43,867 bases of DNA from an uncultured Gemmiger sp. (GTDB lineage: Bacteria; Bacillota; Clostridia; Oscillospirales; Ruminococcaceae), in NCBI GenBank assembly GCA_947628865.1, contig CANRBN010000001.1, positions 1-43,867 on the forward strand. Direction: 5' to 3'. A model generated the notes under the pieces. That model worked only from the letters and a program-made list of their open reading frames with translations, ran no database searches and was not told where the DNA came from. Every line of letters begins with the position of its first letter. Position 1 is the first letter of the stretch. This document shows positions 17,361-27,028 of this stretch, piece by piece. Position numbers and translations under genes: made by a program.

Positions 17361-19216
17361 ACGGCGCCCTCCGCCAAAAGAGCGGCTTTCGCGATGGACG
17401 CGGCATCAAGACCCAGCGCCGCGCGCATCTGCGGCACCGTCGCGTGCGGCAGGCAGGCGTCATGGATGGCGCAGAGCACAAAGTGCCCCCGCCAGCCGGC
17501 CTGCTGGAGGGCAAACGCGAGCTGCTGGCCGATGCCGCCCGTGGCAACGGCATCCTCGGCAAAAACGACGGTGCCGTACCCTTGCAGCGCCTCGCAAAGG
17601 CCCTGCGGCAGCGGATGCAGGCGCACAAGGCGGCAGACATCGGCCTCCCGGCCGTTTTGCCGCAAAAGCGCGGCGGCGTCGAGTGCCTCCTCGCTCTCGC
17701 TGCCATAGCTGACGATGACCGTATCGGCAGGCTTTTCACTGTAAAGCTCATATTCTTTACAGCTGCATCCGAGCGCCGCCAGTGCCGGCGTCTCGGTGCC
17801 GCGCGGGTAGCGGATGGCGCGCGGGCCGGCGGTGTGCAGCGCGAGCTGTTCAAGCCAGTATTCGAGCTCGGCATAGTTGGCCGGCGCGTACAGCGGCACG
17901 CCGATGTGGCTGAAAAAGGCGGTATCGTAGATGCCCTGGTGCGTCTCGCCGTCGCCGGGCACGAGCCCGGCGCGGTCGACGGCAAAGAGAACATCCAGCT
18001 TCATCAGGTTGACATCGTGGATGATCTGGTCATAGGCGCGCTGGAAAAAGGTCGAATAGATGGCGACCGTCGGCAGCAGCCCCTGGCTCGCCAGCCCCGC
18101 CGAGAATGTGACGGCGTGCTGCTCGGCCATGCCGACGTCAAAAAAGCGCTCGGGGAACGCATGCTTGAAGTATTGCAGGCCGGTGCCGTATTTCATCGCC
18201 GCCGTCACGGCGCACAGGCGCGGCTCCGCCTGCCCGAGCTGCGCCAGCCTGCGGCCAAAGCGCGTGGAGAACGAGTCCTCCTGGGAAAGCTCTGGGTTGG
18301 TGCGCTGCTCGGCGGCGGAGATGTTGTGGAATTCGCCGGGGTTTTCCTCGGCGGGCTTGAGGCCCTTGCCCTTTTGCGTCTCGATGTGGAGAAAGAGCGG
18401 CGCGTACTGCTCGCGCAGGTTGCGGAACAGACGTAACAGGCCGGCGAGGTCGTGCCCGTCGACGGGGCCGACATACTGAAAGCCCATCTGCTCGAACATG
18501 GTGGAATGGTAGAGCGCGCGCCGCACCAGCTGCTTGCCGTTTTGCAGGCCGCGAACCATCGTCTTGCCGACCAGCGGCACCTTGCCAAGCACTGTCTCGG
18601 TGCCGGCCTTGACGCGGAAATAGGTCGGGTCGGTGCGCAGGCGCGTGAGATAGTTGGCGATCATGCCGACATTTTTGGAGATGGACATCTTGTTGTCGTT
18701 GAGGATGACGACGAGGTTGTTGAGCACGCCGATGTTGTTCATGCCCTCGTAGACCATGCCGCCGGTGAACGCGCCGTCGCCGATGACGGCAATGACCTTG
18801 CCGGGCTCGCCCTTGAGCTTTTTGGCGCGCGCGATGCCGATGGCCGCCGAGAGCGCCGTGCTGCCGTGGCCGGCCACAAAGGTATCGTACGGGCTCTCCT
18901 CCGGCGCGGGGAAGCCGGAGATGCCCCCCTGCTGGCGCAGCATGGCAAAGCCCTCGCGCCTGCCGGTGAGCAGCTTGTGGGTATAACACTGATGGCCGAC
19001 ATCGAACAGCAGCTTGTCCTGCGCAAGATCCATCGTGCGGTGCAACGCGACCGTCAGCTCCACCACGCCGAGGTTGGAGGCAAGGTGCCCCCCGGTGGCG
19101 GAGACGCTTTCGATGAGAAAGCCGCGTATCTCGGCACAAAGCTGGTCAAGCTGCTCCGCGGGCAGCGCTTTCACGTCGCCCGGGGCGTTGATCTTATCCA
19201 GCAAGGGGTAACTCAT
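17357..19216 (-). CDS. dxs: 1-deoxy-D-xylulose-5-phosphate synthase
   Basis: GGHLASNLG, DVGHQ.Y.HK, GDGA...NDN ThDP motif, AEQHAV, DRAG.V..DGETH. Confidence 0.96.
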   Translation of the reverse strand: MSYPLLDKINAPGDVKALPAEQLDQLCAEIRGFLIESVSATGGHLASNLGVVELTVALHRTMDLAQDKLLFDVGHQCYTHKLLTGRREGFAMLRQQGGISGFPAPEESPYDTFVAGHGSTALSAAIGIARAKKLKGEPGKVIAVIGDGAFTGGMVYEGMNNIGVLNNLVVILNDNKMSISKNVGMIANYLTRLRTDPTYFRVKAGTETVLGKVPLVGKTMVRGLQNGKQLVRRALYHSTMFEQMGFQYVGPVDGHDLAGLLRLFRNLREQYAPLFLHIETQKGKGLKPAEENPGEFHNISAAEQRTNPELSQEDSFSTRFGRRLAQLGQAEPRLCAVTAAMKYGTGLQYFKHAFPERFFDVGMAEQHAVTFSAGLASQGLLPTVAIYSTFFQRAYDQIIHDVNLMKLDVLFAVDRAGLVPGDGETHQGIYDTAFFSHIGVPLYAPANYAELEYWLEQLALHTAGPRAIRYPRGTETPALAALGCSCKEYELYSEKPADTVIVSYGSESEEALDAAALLRQNGREADVCRLVRLHPLPQGLCEALQGYGTVVFAEDAVATGGIGQQLAFALQQAGWRGHFVLCAIHDACLPHATVPQMRAALGLDAASIAKAALLAEGAV

Positions 19217-19244
19217 GGCGAATTTCCTTTCCGGTTGTTGTGGG

Positions 19245-19712
19245 TCAGACGGCGGGCATCAGCAGCGCGATGCCGATGCCCAGCGCCGCGCCGGTAACGA
19301 CCTGGATGGGCGTGTGGCCGACCATTTCCTTGAGCTTTTTGTCCCCCAGAAGCGGCCAGAACTGGGCGCCCTGGTCGAGCCAGTCGGTGAGCATATGGTT
19401 CAGGATCTGGGCCTGCTTGCCGGTCTCCCAGCGCACGCCCATGGCGTCGTACATGACGATGACGGCCAGCACCAGCGCCACGGCGAAGATCGTGGAATGG
19501 ATGCCGCTGTAACGCCCCGTCGCGACCACCATGGCGCAGACGGTCGCGGAATGGGCGCTGGGCATGCCGCCGGCGCCCCAAAGGCGTTCGGGAATGAACT
19601 TGCGCACAAGGATCAGATTGATGATGACCTTGGCCAGCTGTGCGACCGCCGCGGCGCAGAGCGCCGTGATGAGCACATAGTTCCATTTGAGTGCCGCCAG
19701 GAACCACGCCAT
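19245..19712 (-). CDS. Divergent PAP2 family protein (DUF212/YuiD-like)
   Basis: GGMPSAHSA, VMYDA.GVR...G.QA..LN, LKE.VGH.P.QV. Confidence 0.88.
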   Translation of the reverse strand: MAWFLAALKWNYVLITALCAAAVAQLAKVIINLILVRKFIPERLWGAGGMPSAHSATVCAMVVATGRYSGIHSTIFAVALVLAVIVMYDAMGVRWETGKQAQILNHMLTDWLDQGAQFWPLLGDKKLKEMVGHTPIQVVTGAALGIGIALLMPAV

Positions 19713-19739
19713 TTTGCATACCCGCTTTCCTGTCTTTTC

Positions 19740-20630
19740 TTACCTGCCGCGATGCAAAAGATCCTGCGCCAGCAGGCGCAAAAAGTCCGCATCTTCCGCA
19801 AAATCACCGAGCGCTGCGAGCGCGCGGTCGGTTTGTTCCGCTGCCATCTGCTGCGCCCCGGCAAGGCCGAAGAGCGTGACAAAGGTCGTCTTGCCGTTGG
19901 CGGCATCGCTGCCCGCGGGCTTGCCGAGCTGCTCGCTGCTGGCGGTGACGTCGAGGATATCGTCGACGATCTGGAACCCGAGCCCGACAGCCTGCGCATA
20001 CGCATCCAGCGCCCGGTACACGCCGCTTTGCGGCACATCGAGCGCTGCCGCCGTACAGCCCAGCGCCGCCGCCGCGCCGATGAGGGCGCCGGTCTTGTTG
20101 GCGTGCAGCGCCAAAAGCTGCTGCGCGTCGGCGGGGTGTGTCTCGTGGTATTTGTCGAGCTCCTGCCCGTACAGCATGCAGCCGGTGCGCTGTGCGAGCA
20201 GCGCCGTGGCCGCCGTGCGGCTTTGCGCCGGGCAGTCCCGCGCGTCTGCCGTTACCGCAAAGGCGGCGGCGAGCAGGGCGTCGCCGGCGAGCAGGGCGGT
20301 CGCCTCGCCAAAGCGCTTGTGGCAGCTGGGGCGGCCGCGGCGCAGATCGTCATCGTCCATGCAGGGCAGGTCGTCATGGATGAGCGAGTGGCAGTGCACC
20401 ATCTCGAGCGCGCAGGCAAAGTCCAGCGCCGCCTCGCCGCCGCCCGCCAGCGCGCAGCAGGCGAGCGTGAGCACGCCGCGCACGCGCTTGCCGCCGCCCA
20501 AAAGGCTGTAGCGCGCGGCCTGCCCGATCTCGCTTTCCGGCGCGAACAGATCGTCGCACAGCTGCGCGAGCCGCTGCTCACAGCACGCGGCATAGCGCGC
20601 ATATTGCTGCTTGTATTCCGCCTGCGTCAC
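19740..20630 (-). CDS. ispA: Polyprenyl synthetase (geranyltranstransferase)
   Basis: GGKR.R, LIHDDLPCMDDDDLRRGRP, FQIVDDILD. Confidence 0.92.
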   Translation of the reverse strand: MTQAEYKQQYARYAACCEQRLAQLCDDLFAPESEIGQAARYSLLGGGKRVRGVLTLACCALAGGGEAALDFACALEMVHCHSLIHDDLPCMDDDDLRRGRPSCHKRFGEATALLAGDALLAAAFAVTADARDCPAQSRTAATALLAQRTGCMLYGQELDKYHETHPADAQQLLALHANKTGALIGAAAALGCTAAALDVPQSGVYRALDAYAQAVGLGFQIVDDILDVTASSEQLGKPAGSDAANGKTTFVTLFGLAGAQQMAAEQTDRALAALGDFAEDADFLRLLAQDLLHRGR

Positions 20631-20633
20631 AGC

Positions 20634-20861
20634 TCAGCCCTCGTCCGGCAGCGCCCTTGCAAGGCGCGTGTCGATCTCTTCGATCTTCAGCTTCGCGTCG
20701 GTCAGCGCGCCGTGGCAGAAGGCCAGCAGCTCGGCGGCCTCGGCGTAGAGCTTGACGGCCTCGTCAAGGGGCGTCTCCTCGCTTTGCAGCTGCGCGAGCA
20801 GGGCCTGCAGGCGCTCCATGGCCTGCTCAAAGGTTTTGTCGTTTTGAGCGTTTTCCATCAT
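20634..20861 (-). CDS. xseB: Exodeoxyribonuclease VII small subunit
   Basis: TFEQAMERL...L.EAVKLY.E...L..C...L..A..KI, immediately after xseA. Confidence 0.9.
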   Translation of the reverse strand: MMENAQNDKTFEQAMERLQALLAQLQSEETPLDEAVKLYAEAAELLAFCHGALTDAKLKIEEIDTRLARALPDEG

Positions 20862-22078
20862 CAGTACTCCCCTTTTCGGCCCTTGCCTGTCTTTTCGACT
20901 TTGCAGGCCGCCCAGGCCGCGGCGCCCTGTACAAGGATGGCGTCGCCGGCGTTCAGGCTTTCGGTTCGGCGCGGCATGCCGTCGCTGCCCAGCACCATCG
21001 CGTAACCGCGCGCCAGCACATTGTACGGGCTGAGGCCGGCGGCCAGCGCCGCCGCGTTCTGCACACGGCTTTTTGCTGCCGCGATCGAATCGGAGGCCGC
21101 CGAAGAGAGACCGCTTTGCAGCCGCGCGAGCCGCTCCGCACCGGCGGTGACCGCCGCCGGCGCACTGCGCAGCGCGGGCGCATGGGCAAGCTCTGATGAA
21201 TGATTATACCATACTTTATACAAAGACTGTATAGAATCCGCAAATTTTTTCCGCATCTGCGCAAGCGCGAGCAGCGCATCGGCCTTGTCCGGTACGCAGA
21301 GCTCCGCCGCGGCGCTGGGCGTCGGGGCGCGCAGGTCGGCGACGTAGTCAAGGATGGTGTAGTCCACCTCGTGCCCGACGGCGCTGACCACCGGCTTGCG
21401 GCAGGCGGCTGCCGCGCGGGCGATACGCTCGCTGTTGAAGACCCAGAGATCCTCCTTGCTGCCGCCGCCGCGTGTGACGAGAATGAGCTCGGGGCGGGCG
21501 TCGGCGTCGAGCGCGCGGATGCCCGCCACGATGCTCTCCTCGGCCTGCGCGCCCTGCACGATGACGGGGGCCAGCAGCAGCCTTGTGAGCGGCCAGCGGC
21601 GCCCGATGACGTTGCACACGTCCTGCAAAGCGGCCCCGGTCTTGGAGGTCACGACGCCGATGCAGCGCGGCGCCGGCGGCAGCGGGCGCTTGCGCGCGGC
21701 GGCCAAAAGCCCCTCGGCCTCGAGCTTTTTGCGCAGCGCATCAAAGGCCATCTGCGCGGCGCCGGCGCCGAACGGGCGCATATATTCGACATAGACCTGA
21801 AAGCTGCCGTCCCGCTCATACAGGGCGGCGCGCCCGTAGGCGAGCACCTGCATGCCGTCCTGCGGCTGGAAGCCCAGCAGACGGGCTTTATCCCGGAACA
21901 TCACGCCCTTGACGGCGGCGTTCTCGTCCTTGAGGGTGAAATAGCAGTGCCCGCTTTTGTAGTGGCGCACAAAGCCCGACAGCTCGCCGCAGAGGATGAG
22001 CGCGTTGAGCGGCTCGCTTTGGGCGAGCACCTGCCCTGCCAGCCGGTTGAGCTGGCTTACGGTGATGTAATCGGCCAT
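20861..22078 (-). CDS. xseA: Exodeoxyribonuclease VII large subunit
   Basis: SGH.YFTLKDE OB fold, TS.TGAALQD, RGGGS.EDLW.FN.E, GHE.D.T..D.VAD.RAPTPSAAAE. Confidence 0.95.
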   Translation of the reverse strand: MADYITVSQLNRLAGQVLAQSEPLNALILCGELSGFVRHYKSGHCYFTLKDENAAVKGVMFRDKARLLGFQPQDGMQVLAYGRAALYERDGSFQVYVEYMRPFGAGAAQMAFDALRKKLEAEGLLAAARKRPLPPAPRCIGVVTSKTGAALQDVCNVIGRRWPLTRLLLAPVIVQGAQAEESIVAGIRALDADARPELILVTRGGGSKEDLWVFNSERIARAAAACRKPVVSAVGHEVDYTILDYVADLRAPTPSAAAELCVPDKADALLALAQMRKKFADSIQSLYKVWYNHSSELAHAPALRSAPAAVTAGAERLARLQSGLSSAASDSIAAAKSRVQNAAALAAGLSPYNVLARGYAMVLGSDGMPRRTESLNAGDAILVQGAAAWAACKVEKTGKGRKGEY

Positions 22079-22998
22079 GCGCCCACCTCCCTGGCGGCCA
22101 GAATGGCCACGCCGATGGCATTGTCCGAGGCGAAGCGCCCCGGCACGAAATACGCGCCGGGCAGCCGCGCCGTGACGGCCTCGCGTATGACATCGCTGCT
22201 CATCACGCCGCCGGCAAACACCACCGGCAGGCCGGCATGCTGCCTGCGCGCGGAGAGCGCCATGCGCACGAGCGTATCGGCGATGCACAAAAGGCAATAC
22301 TTGCAGACATATTCCGGCGCTCTGCCGGCGTCCAGCAGTGCTTTGCACTGGTTTTCAAGGCCGGAAAGGCTGCAATCCAGGCCGCGCACCGCGCTTTTGG
22401 GGGAGATATCCTCCACGCAGCGCAAGGCCGCCTCGCTGACCCTTGCCCCGGCGGGGAACGCGTAGCCGAGCCGCACGCCGAGCCTGTCCACCGCCTGCCC
22501 GGCGTAGAGGTCGGTGCTCGTGCCGAGCAGCGTCAGCGTGCCGTCGGGCGCGTGGCGTAAAAGGTCGGTCGTGCCGCCGGAAACGTGGAAAAGGAGCGCT
22601 TTCGTATCCTGCGGCAGGCCCGCCGCATAGAGCGCCGCCGCCGCGTGGCCCTGCTGGTGGGTGGTTTTGACGAGCGGCACGCCCCGCGCCGCGGCGAACG
22701 CCGACGCGGCGCTGACGCCGGCGAGAAAGCACGGCATATAGGAACCCGCGGCGGCGCGCGGCTTTTCCGATACGCCGACCGCGCCGATGCCGGTGAGCGG
22801 CGCTTTGTTTTTCAGCTCGGCAAGCAGCTGCGGCAGCGCGGCGGTGTGGTGGAACACGGCATCGCTTTGGCGCAGGCCGAGCTCGCCCGGCTTTACCGGC
22901 AAAAAGCGCTTTGTATCGCAAACAACCTCTTTGGCGGTCGCATCGAACACCGCCAGAGAGGTTGCATAGTTGCTGGTATCGATCCCCAGGATCAGCAT
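22057..22998 (-). CDS. TsaD/Kae1-like (peptidase M22 family) protein
   Basis: LGIDTSNY.TS, HQQGH metal motif, HVSGGTT, GQAVDR.G, GGVMS, DNA.GVA. Confidence 0.82.
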   Translation of the reverse strand: MLILGIDTSNYATSLAVFDATAKEVVCDTKRFLPVKPGELGLRQSDAVFHHTAALPQLLAELKNKAPLTGIGAVGVSEKPRAAAGSYMPCFLAGVSAASAFAAARGVPLVKTTHQQGHAAAALYAAGLPQDTKALLFHVSGGTTDLLRHAPDGTLTLLGTSTDLYAGQAVDRLGVRLGYAFPAGARVSEAALRCVEDISPKSAVRGLDCSLSGLENQCKALLDAGRAPEYVCKYCLLCIADTLVRMALSARRQHAGLPVVFAGGVMSSDVIREAVTARLPGAYFVPGRFASDNAIGVAILAAREVGAWPITSP

Positions 22999-23438
22999 GA
23001 TGGCGTTTCTTCTTCCGGCGCGGCGCCGCGCTCGCGCACGACCGTGCCGAGCAGACCGTTGACGAACTGATAATCGGTCTCGCCGCCATATTTTTTGGCC
23101 AATTCGACCGCTTCGTTGATGGCGACGCCGGGCTTTTGCTCCTCGCCATACAAAAGCTCCGCCAGCGCAAGGCGCAACGCCACCATGCTCACGCGCGGCA
23201 CGCGCTCCATCGTCCAGCCCTTGAGGTGCACCGCGATGGCCGCGTCGAGCTCGGCGCGGTGGTCAAGCATATCGTGCAAAAGCGCTGTGCCGAACTCGTC
23301 CAGCGGGAGCTCTCCGCCGTCCGCAAGCGCCCGCAAAGCCTCGTCCGCCGCGGCGGGCTCGGGATAGTAGGTCAGCGCGAAAGCGGCCAGAAAGGCGTTC
23401 TCGCGCGCCTGGCGGCGGGGCAGTTTCTTTTGTGCCAT
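22992..23438 (-). CDS. nusB: Transcription antitermination factor NusB
   Basis: RRQARE, W...R......LRLA..E, INEAVELAKKY, FVNGLLG. Confidence 0.93.
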   Translation of the reverse strand: MAQKKLPRRQARENAFLAAFALTYYPEPAAADEALRALADGGELPLDEFGTALLHDMLDHRAELDAAIAVHLKGWTMERVPRVSMVALRLALAELLYGEEQKPGVAINEAVELAKKYGGETDYQFVNGLLGTVVRERGAAPEEETPSC

Positions 23439-23456
23439 AACCTGCGCCCTGCTCCG

Positions 23457-23804
23457 TCAGCTCTTGGCGGCGGCAAGCCCCGCCACGAGCACATCGACGC
23501 GGGAGACCGTGATGCCGGTCATGTTCTGCACCGTGTGCTTGACGTTCTCCTGCACGCGCTCGCACATCGGCATGATCTTGCTGCCGCTGGCGGCCAGGAT
23601 GCTCACCCGCAGCTGCGCCACGCCGTCCTGCATCTCGACAGTGACCGGCTTGGCGGGCTTTTTCACGCCGAGCACGCCGGCGCAGGGCCTGGCGGCGGCG
23701 ATATCCGCCACACCGTCGACCTCCAGCGCCGCCAGCTGCGCGATGCGCGCGACTGCGTCGGTCGAGATCTGCAGGCTGCCGGCCTCGGTTTTGCGTACGT
23801 CCAT
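23457..23804 (-). CDS. Asp23/Gls24 family envelope stress protein
   Basis: G.L.IS.D.VA.IA..AA.EVDGV, VQE.VK..V..MTG..V..V.V.V. AGGAGG RBS 9 nt before ATG 23804. Upstream of nusB. Confidence 0.88.
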   Translation of the reverse strand: MDVRKTEAGSLQISTDAVARIAQLAALEVDGVADIAAARPCAGVLGVKKPAKPVTVEMQDGVAQLRVSILAASGSKIMPMCERVQENVKHTVQNMTGITVSRVDVLVAGLAAAKS

Positions 23805-23872
23805 ATTCTCCATCCTCCTGGCTGTGAGGACTTGCCGGGCCCGGGCACGGCAAGGCAGAATTTGATACCTAT

Positions 23873-23901
23873 ACTCTACCACAAAGCCGGCGTTTTTGCA
23901 A
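23873..23901 (-). promoter_or_regulatory. Putative sigma-A promoter for the asp23-nusB operon
   Basis: TTGCAA-17 nt-TAGAGT with TGn extension. Confidence 0.5.
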
Positions 23902-23908
23902 CCGCCTT

Positions 23909-24625
23909 TTATCGCACCTCCACGACCTTGATGCTCTGCGCGTTGAGCTCCGGGCAACGGCTGAGCACCACATCGCGGATCTGCGTCACCTCGCCGGCGG
24001 TGAGCGCGTCATTCTCGGTCATCACGGTGACGTCGGCGCCGTCCGCGCTGAGCATAACGACGCAATCGGCAAAGCCCTTTGCCTTGATGAGGGTCTCCAG
24101 GTCGCTCTCCTTGGTCACAAAGGCAAGCTGGGAGGAAAGACGCGCGGTGAGACCGTCCTTCTCCTCCTGCGTGAGGTCAGCGCGCTTGAGCGCGGTCTCC
24201 AGCTCCTGCAGAGCTTCGTCGCGCGCCTTGGAGCGCGTGAGGCGCGCCTGCTCAAAGAATTCCGTGCCGGAATCCTGATTGGCACTCACGAGCTGCGCCT
24301 CGCCGTAGTTCTTGCCGGTGTTCTGCTCAGCGGTGTTTTCCTGCGGCACCGTGTCGCCCAGAGCATCGTAGACGGCTACGCTTTCGCCGGCCTGCTCCGG
24401 CGCGTCGGCGGTCACCTCGGACACGCCGCCCTGTGCCGTATCGCCGGCGGTCAGGAGCGGCGCATCCTGCGAAAAGCTCCAGTTGAGATACACCGCCGCG
24501 CCGAGCGCGAGCGTGAGCGCGACGATCGTGATGCCATGCCCGCCCGCTTTTGTCCTTTTGGCCATCGTTTCTGTCTGCGCCGCCTGCGGTTCGGGGTTCT
24601 TTTTGAGATGTAAGGCTTTCATCAT
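23909..24625 (-). CDS. spoIIIAH: Stage III sporulation protein AH
   Basis: TM helix ending AVYLNW, FF.QARL.R...RDE, E..LE.LIKAKGF.DCVV. Last gene of the spoIIIA operon. Confidence 0.88.
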   Translation of the reverse strand: MMKALHLKKNPEPQAAQTETMAKRTKAGGHGITIVALTLALGAAVYLNWSFSQDAPLLTAGDTAQGGVSEVTADAPEQAGESVAVYDALGDTVPQENTAEQNTGKNYGEAQLVSANQDSGTEFFEQARLTRSKARDEALQELETALKRADLTQEEKDGLTARLSSQLAFVTKESDLETLIKAKGFADCVVMLSADGADVTVMTENDALTAGEVTQIRDVVLSRCPELNAQSIKVVEVR

Positions 24626-25155
24626 TCTCCTCCTTCAGTCGACGTGACCAGCCGGGTCACGGTGATGCGGTTCGTGCCGATGCCGGTGAGCGCCTGTACG
24701 ATGTCGGTCACGCGGCGCTGTACGGTGGCGCTGCCGCCCCCCTCGCACAGCACAGCCACCCCCTGTACTGGCGGCGTCGTGACCGCTTCGATGAGCGCCG
24801 TGCCGCCCGGCAGCACCAGCTCCTCCTGGGTGGCGCCGTCGGCACCGACGCGCCTGTCTCTGGCATAGACGGTCTCTTCACTGCCGGCCAACGTGACCAT
24901 GACCTCGACGCGTCCGGCGCCCTCGACCTGGCACAGCAGGGCGCGCAGGCGCTGCTCGAGCTCCGCGGCTGCATCGCATTGCGCGACGATTTCGCTGCTG
25001 CCGCGCGGCCCATCCGACGTCGGCGAGGTGTCCGGCCAAAACTCCGAAAGGCCCAGAAGCAGGATGCCGGCGGCGCCGGCGAGCAGCAGCAGGTTCGCGC
25101 GCTGCTTTTCGGTGCCGAGCCGTTCCCCGAGCTTTTGCAAAAATGCCAGCTTCAC
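24622..25155 (-). CDS. spoIIIAG: Stage III sporulation protein AG
   Basis: LE.RL..LL..VEGAG.VEVMVTL, P.VQGV.V.CEG, I.V. Confidence 0.85.
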   Translation of the reverse strand: MKLAFLQKLGERLGTEKQRANLLLLAGAAGILLLGLSEFWPDTSPTSDGPRGSSEIVAQCDAAAELEQRLRALLCQVEGAGRVEVMVTLAGSEETVYARDRRVGADGATQEELVLPGGTALIEAVTTPPVQGVAVLCEGGGSATVQRRVTDIVQALTGIGTNRITVTRLVTSTEGGE

Positions 25156-25607
25156 GGCGCGTCACCCCCTTGCAGCACGGTGAGCTCATAGGCGAGCGCG
25201 CCGCAGGCGGCGGCGACGATGGGTTCCGCAGCCGCCAGGTCGGCGCCGCTGCGCAGCTCGACGGTGCAGAGCGTCTCGGTGATGCGCACCCGCGCTGTGA
25301 TGCCGTTTTCGGCGAGCTGCCGCTGCAAAGCCGCGGCGGCCTCGGCGCGGCCCAGCGCGGACGCATAGCGAGAGAGATCCGCCTCGTGGAGTGCGGCGGG
25401 TTCCGTGCGCGCCCAGGCACGCAGGCCGCGGGCAAGGGCGGGCCAATCCGTCTCACGGACGACGGGCACAACGGACGCTACAATATACAGCATCAGCACG
25501 GTGTTTATGACTGGCTTGAAGCCGTTTTCCGGCCAAAAGATGCGCACGATGCCGGCTGCCGAGCACAGCAGGCAGCAGCCCAGCGCAAAATGGCGCACAG
25601 CGGTCAT
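25152..25607 (-). CDS. spoIIIAF: Stage III sporulation protein AF-like (divergent)
   Basis: Two N-terminal hydrophobic segments around P...FK and the position between AE and AG. Weak sequence resemblance otherwise. Confidence 0.55.
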   Translation of the reverse strand: MTAVRHFALGCCLLCSAAGIVRIFWPENGFKPVINTVLMLYIVASVVPVVRETDWPALARGLRAWARTEPAALHEADLSRYASALGRAEAAAALQRQLAENGITARVRITETLCTVELRSGADLAAAEPIVAAACGALAYELTVLQGGDAP

Positions 25608-25610
25608 CGC

Positions 25611-26639
25611 TTATCCCCCGTTCCCCGTCATCAACAGCAGCGCCGTTGAGAGAAAGACCATAAAAAAATAGAGTATCAGCACCGAGGCGCAGAGCCTTGT
25701 GCCGTCGCCGAGCAGGCGGCAGATGCGCCCGCAGTGCTCCTGCCCGGTGCCGGCGGCGATGATGCCGGCGCCCGAAAAGACGAGATAGTAGACCACACAC
25801 CTTGCGAACACCGGCAGAAACGCCGCCCCGAGGCTGCCGACAAGCGCCAGCGCCAGCGTGCCCTTGAGCAGGTGCACGGCGGCAGCCGCCCCCGAGAGCG
25901 CCGCCGCGGCAGCATCGCCGACAAGCGGGATGGCTCCGGCCAGCGCCGTGCCGCCCATGCGCACGGCCGCGTTGTCGGCAAGGCCGGTGAGCAGGTTCTG
26001 CAGGCCCAGCACGAAGGCGAACAGCGCCCCGCAGCCCTTGAACAGCCACCCAAGGCAGCGGCTGAACAGCTTGGCGGCCTCCTCGACGCCGGCATCGCCC
26101 CACAGCGCCGCCGAGACGGAAAAGCAGAAATAGATGCGCATGACGGGCAGGATCAACCGCTCGATGGCCGCCGAGAGGAAAGCCGAGACCGAGAAGAACA
26201 GGCCGCTGTAGCCGGCGGCGCCGCTCACCTGCCCGCCCAGCGAGAGCACGGCCCCGAACACCGGCACGAACGCCGCCAGATAGGTCTGGCTCTCCTGCGC
26301 CGTCTGCCCGACCTGTGTGACCAGCTCCATCATCGTGGACAGGCTCAACACGCCGAAGCCCAGCACCGCGACGGCATCAAGGCATTTTTTCCACGGCAGG
26401 CTCGTACACAAAATGCCTGCCAGCGCGGCCAACAGCAGATACAAAAGCGCCTGCCCGGCAAAGCGTAGCGGCGGGCCCATGCCCTGCGCGGCCTTGTCCG
26501 CGAGCCAGCCGAGCAGGGCCGAGAGCGTCCAGCCGCCGGCACTTTCCGCCGCGGCGCCCCCGTCCGGCAGCAGTGCCGCTGCGGACGGCGGCAGCTCGAC
26601 CGCCGCGGCGCGCACGGGGAGGCAGGCGGCGAAAAGCAC
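25611..26639 (-). CDS. spoIIIAE: Stage III sporulation protein AE
   Basis: Polytopic membrane protein with IPLVGDA motif, between AD and AF. Start uncertain; a GTG overlapping the AD stop codon was chosen. Confidence 0.8.
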   Translation of the reverse strand: MLFAACLPVRAAAVELPPSAAALLPDGGAAAESAGGWTLSALLGWLADKAAQGMGPPLRFAGQALLYLLLAALAGILCTSLPWKKCLDAVAVLGFGVLSLSTMMELVTQVGQTAQESQTYLAAFVPVFGAVLSLGGQVSGAAGYSGLFFSVSAFLSAAIERLILPVMRIYFCFSVSAALWGDAGVEEAAKLFSRCLGWLFKGCGALFAFVLGLQNLLTGLADNAAVRMGGTALAGAIPLVGDAAAAALSGAAAAVHLLKGTLALALVGSLGAAFLPVFARCVVYYLVFSGAGIIAAGTGQEHCGRICRLLGDGTRLCASVLILYFFMVFLSTALLLMTGNGG

Positions 26640-27022
26640 TATTGCAAAAAAGACAAAAAGGTATCGGCCAGCGTTTGCAAAAGCGGCAGCGCCTGCACGA
26701 GCGCGAGCGCCCGCCCGCCCAGCTCGACGCCGGTGGCCGCCGCCTGCATGCCGGCATCGCGGCAGGTATCGGCGGCGAACTGCGCCGCCAGCGCGATGCC
26801 GACTACCTGTATCAGGCAGCTCACGGCCTGCCCCTGCCCGTAGCCGGAGAGCAGCCTGAAAAAATCCAAAAGCGGCTCCAGCCGCGCCGCGACCGCGACG
26901 AACAGCGCTATCGCGCCGCAGGCGGAAAGCAGGAACGCAAACACAGGCTGCTCGCGCTTGAGCAAAAGGCAGAGGGCGCCGCCGGCCAGCGCCGCCGCGG
27001 CGATGCGCAGGATATCCGTCAT
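26639..27022 (-). CDS. spoIIIAD: Stage III sporulation protein AD
   Basis: GIA..AQFAAD.CRDAG..A.A..VEL.GR......ALP. Confidence 0.9.
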   Translation of the reverse strand: MTDILRIAAAALAGGALCLLLKREQPVFAFLLSACGAIALFVAVAARLEPLLDFFRLLSGYGQGQAVSCLIQVVGIALAAQFAADTCRDAGMQAAATGVELGGRALALVQALPLLQTLADTFLSFLQ

Positions 27023-27028
27023 AAGCCG

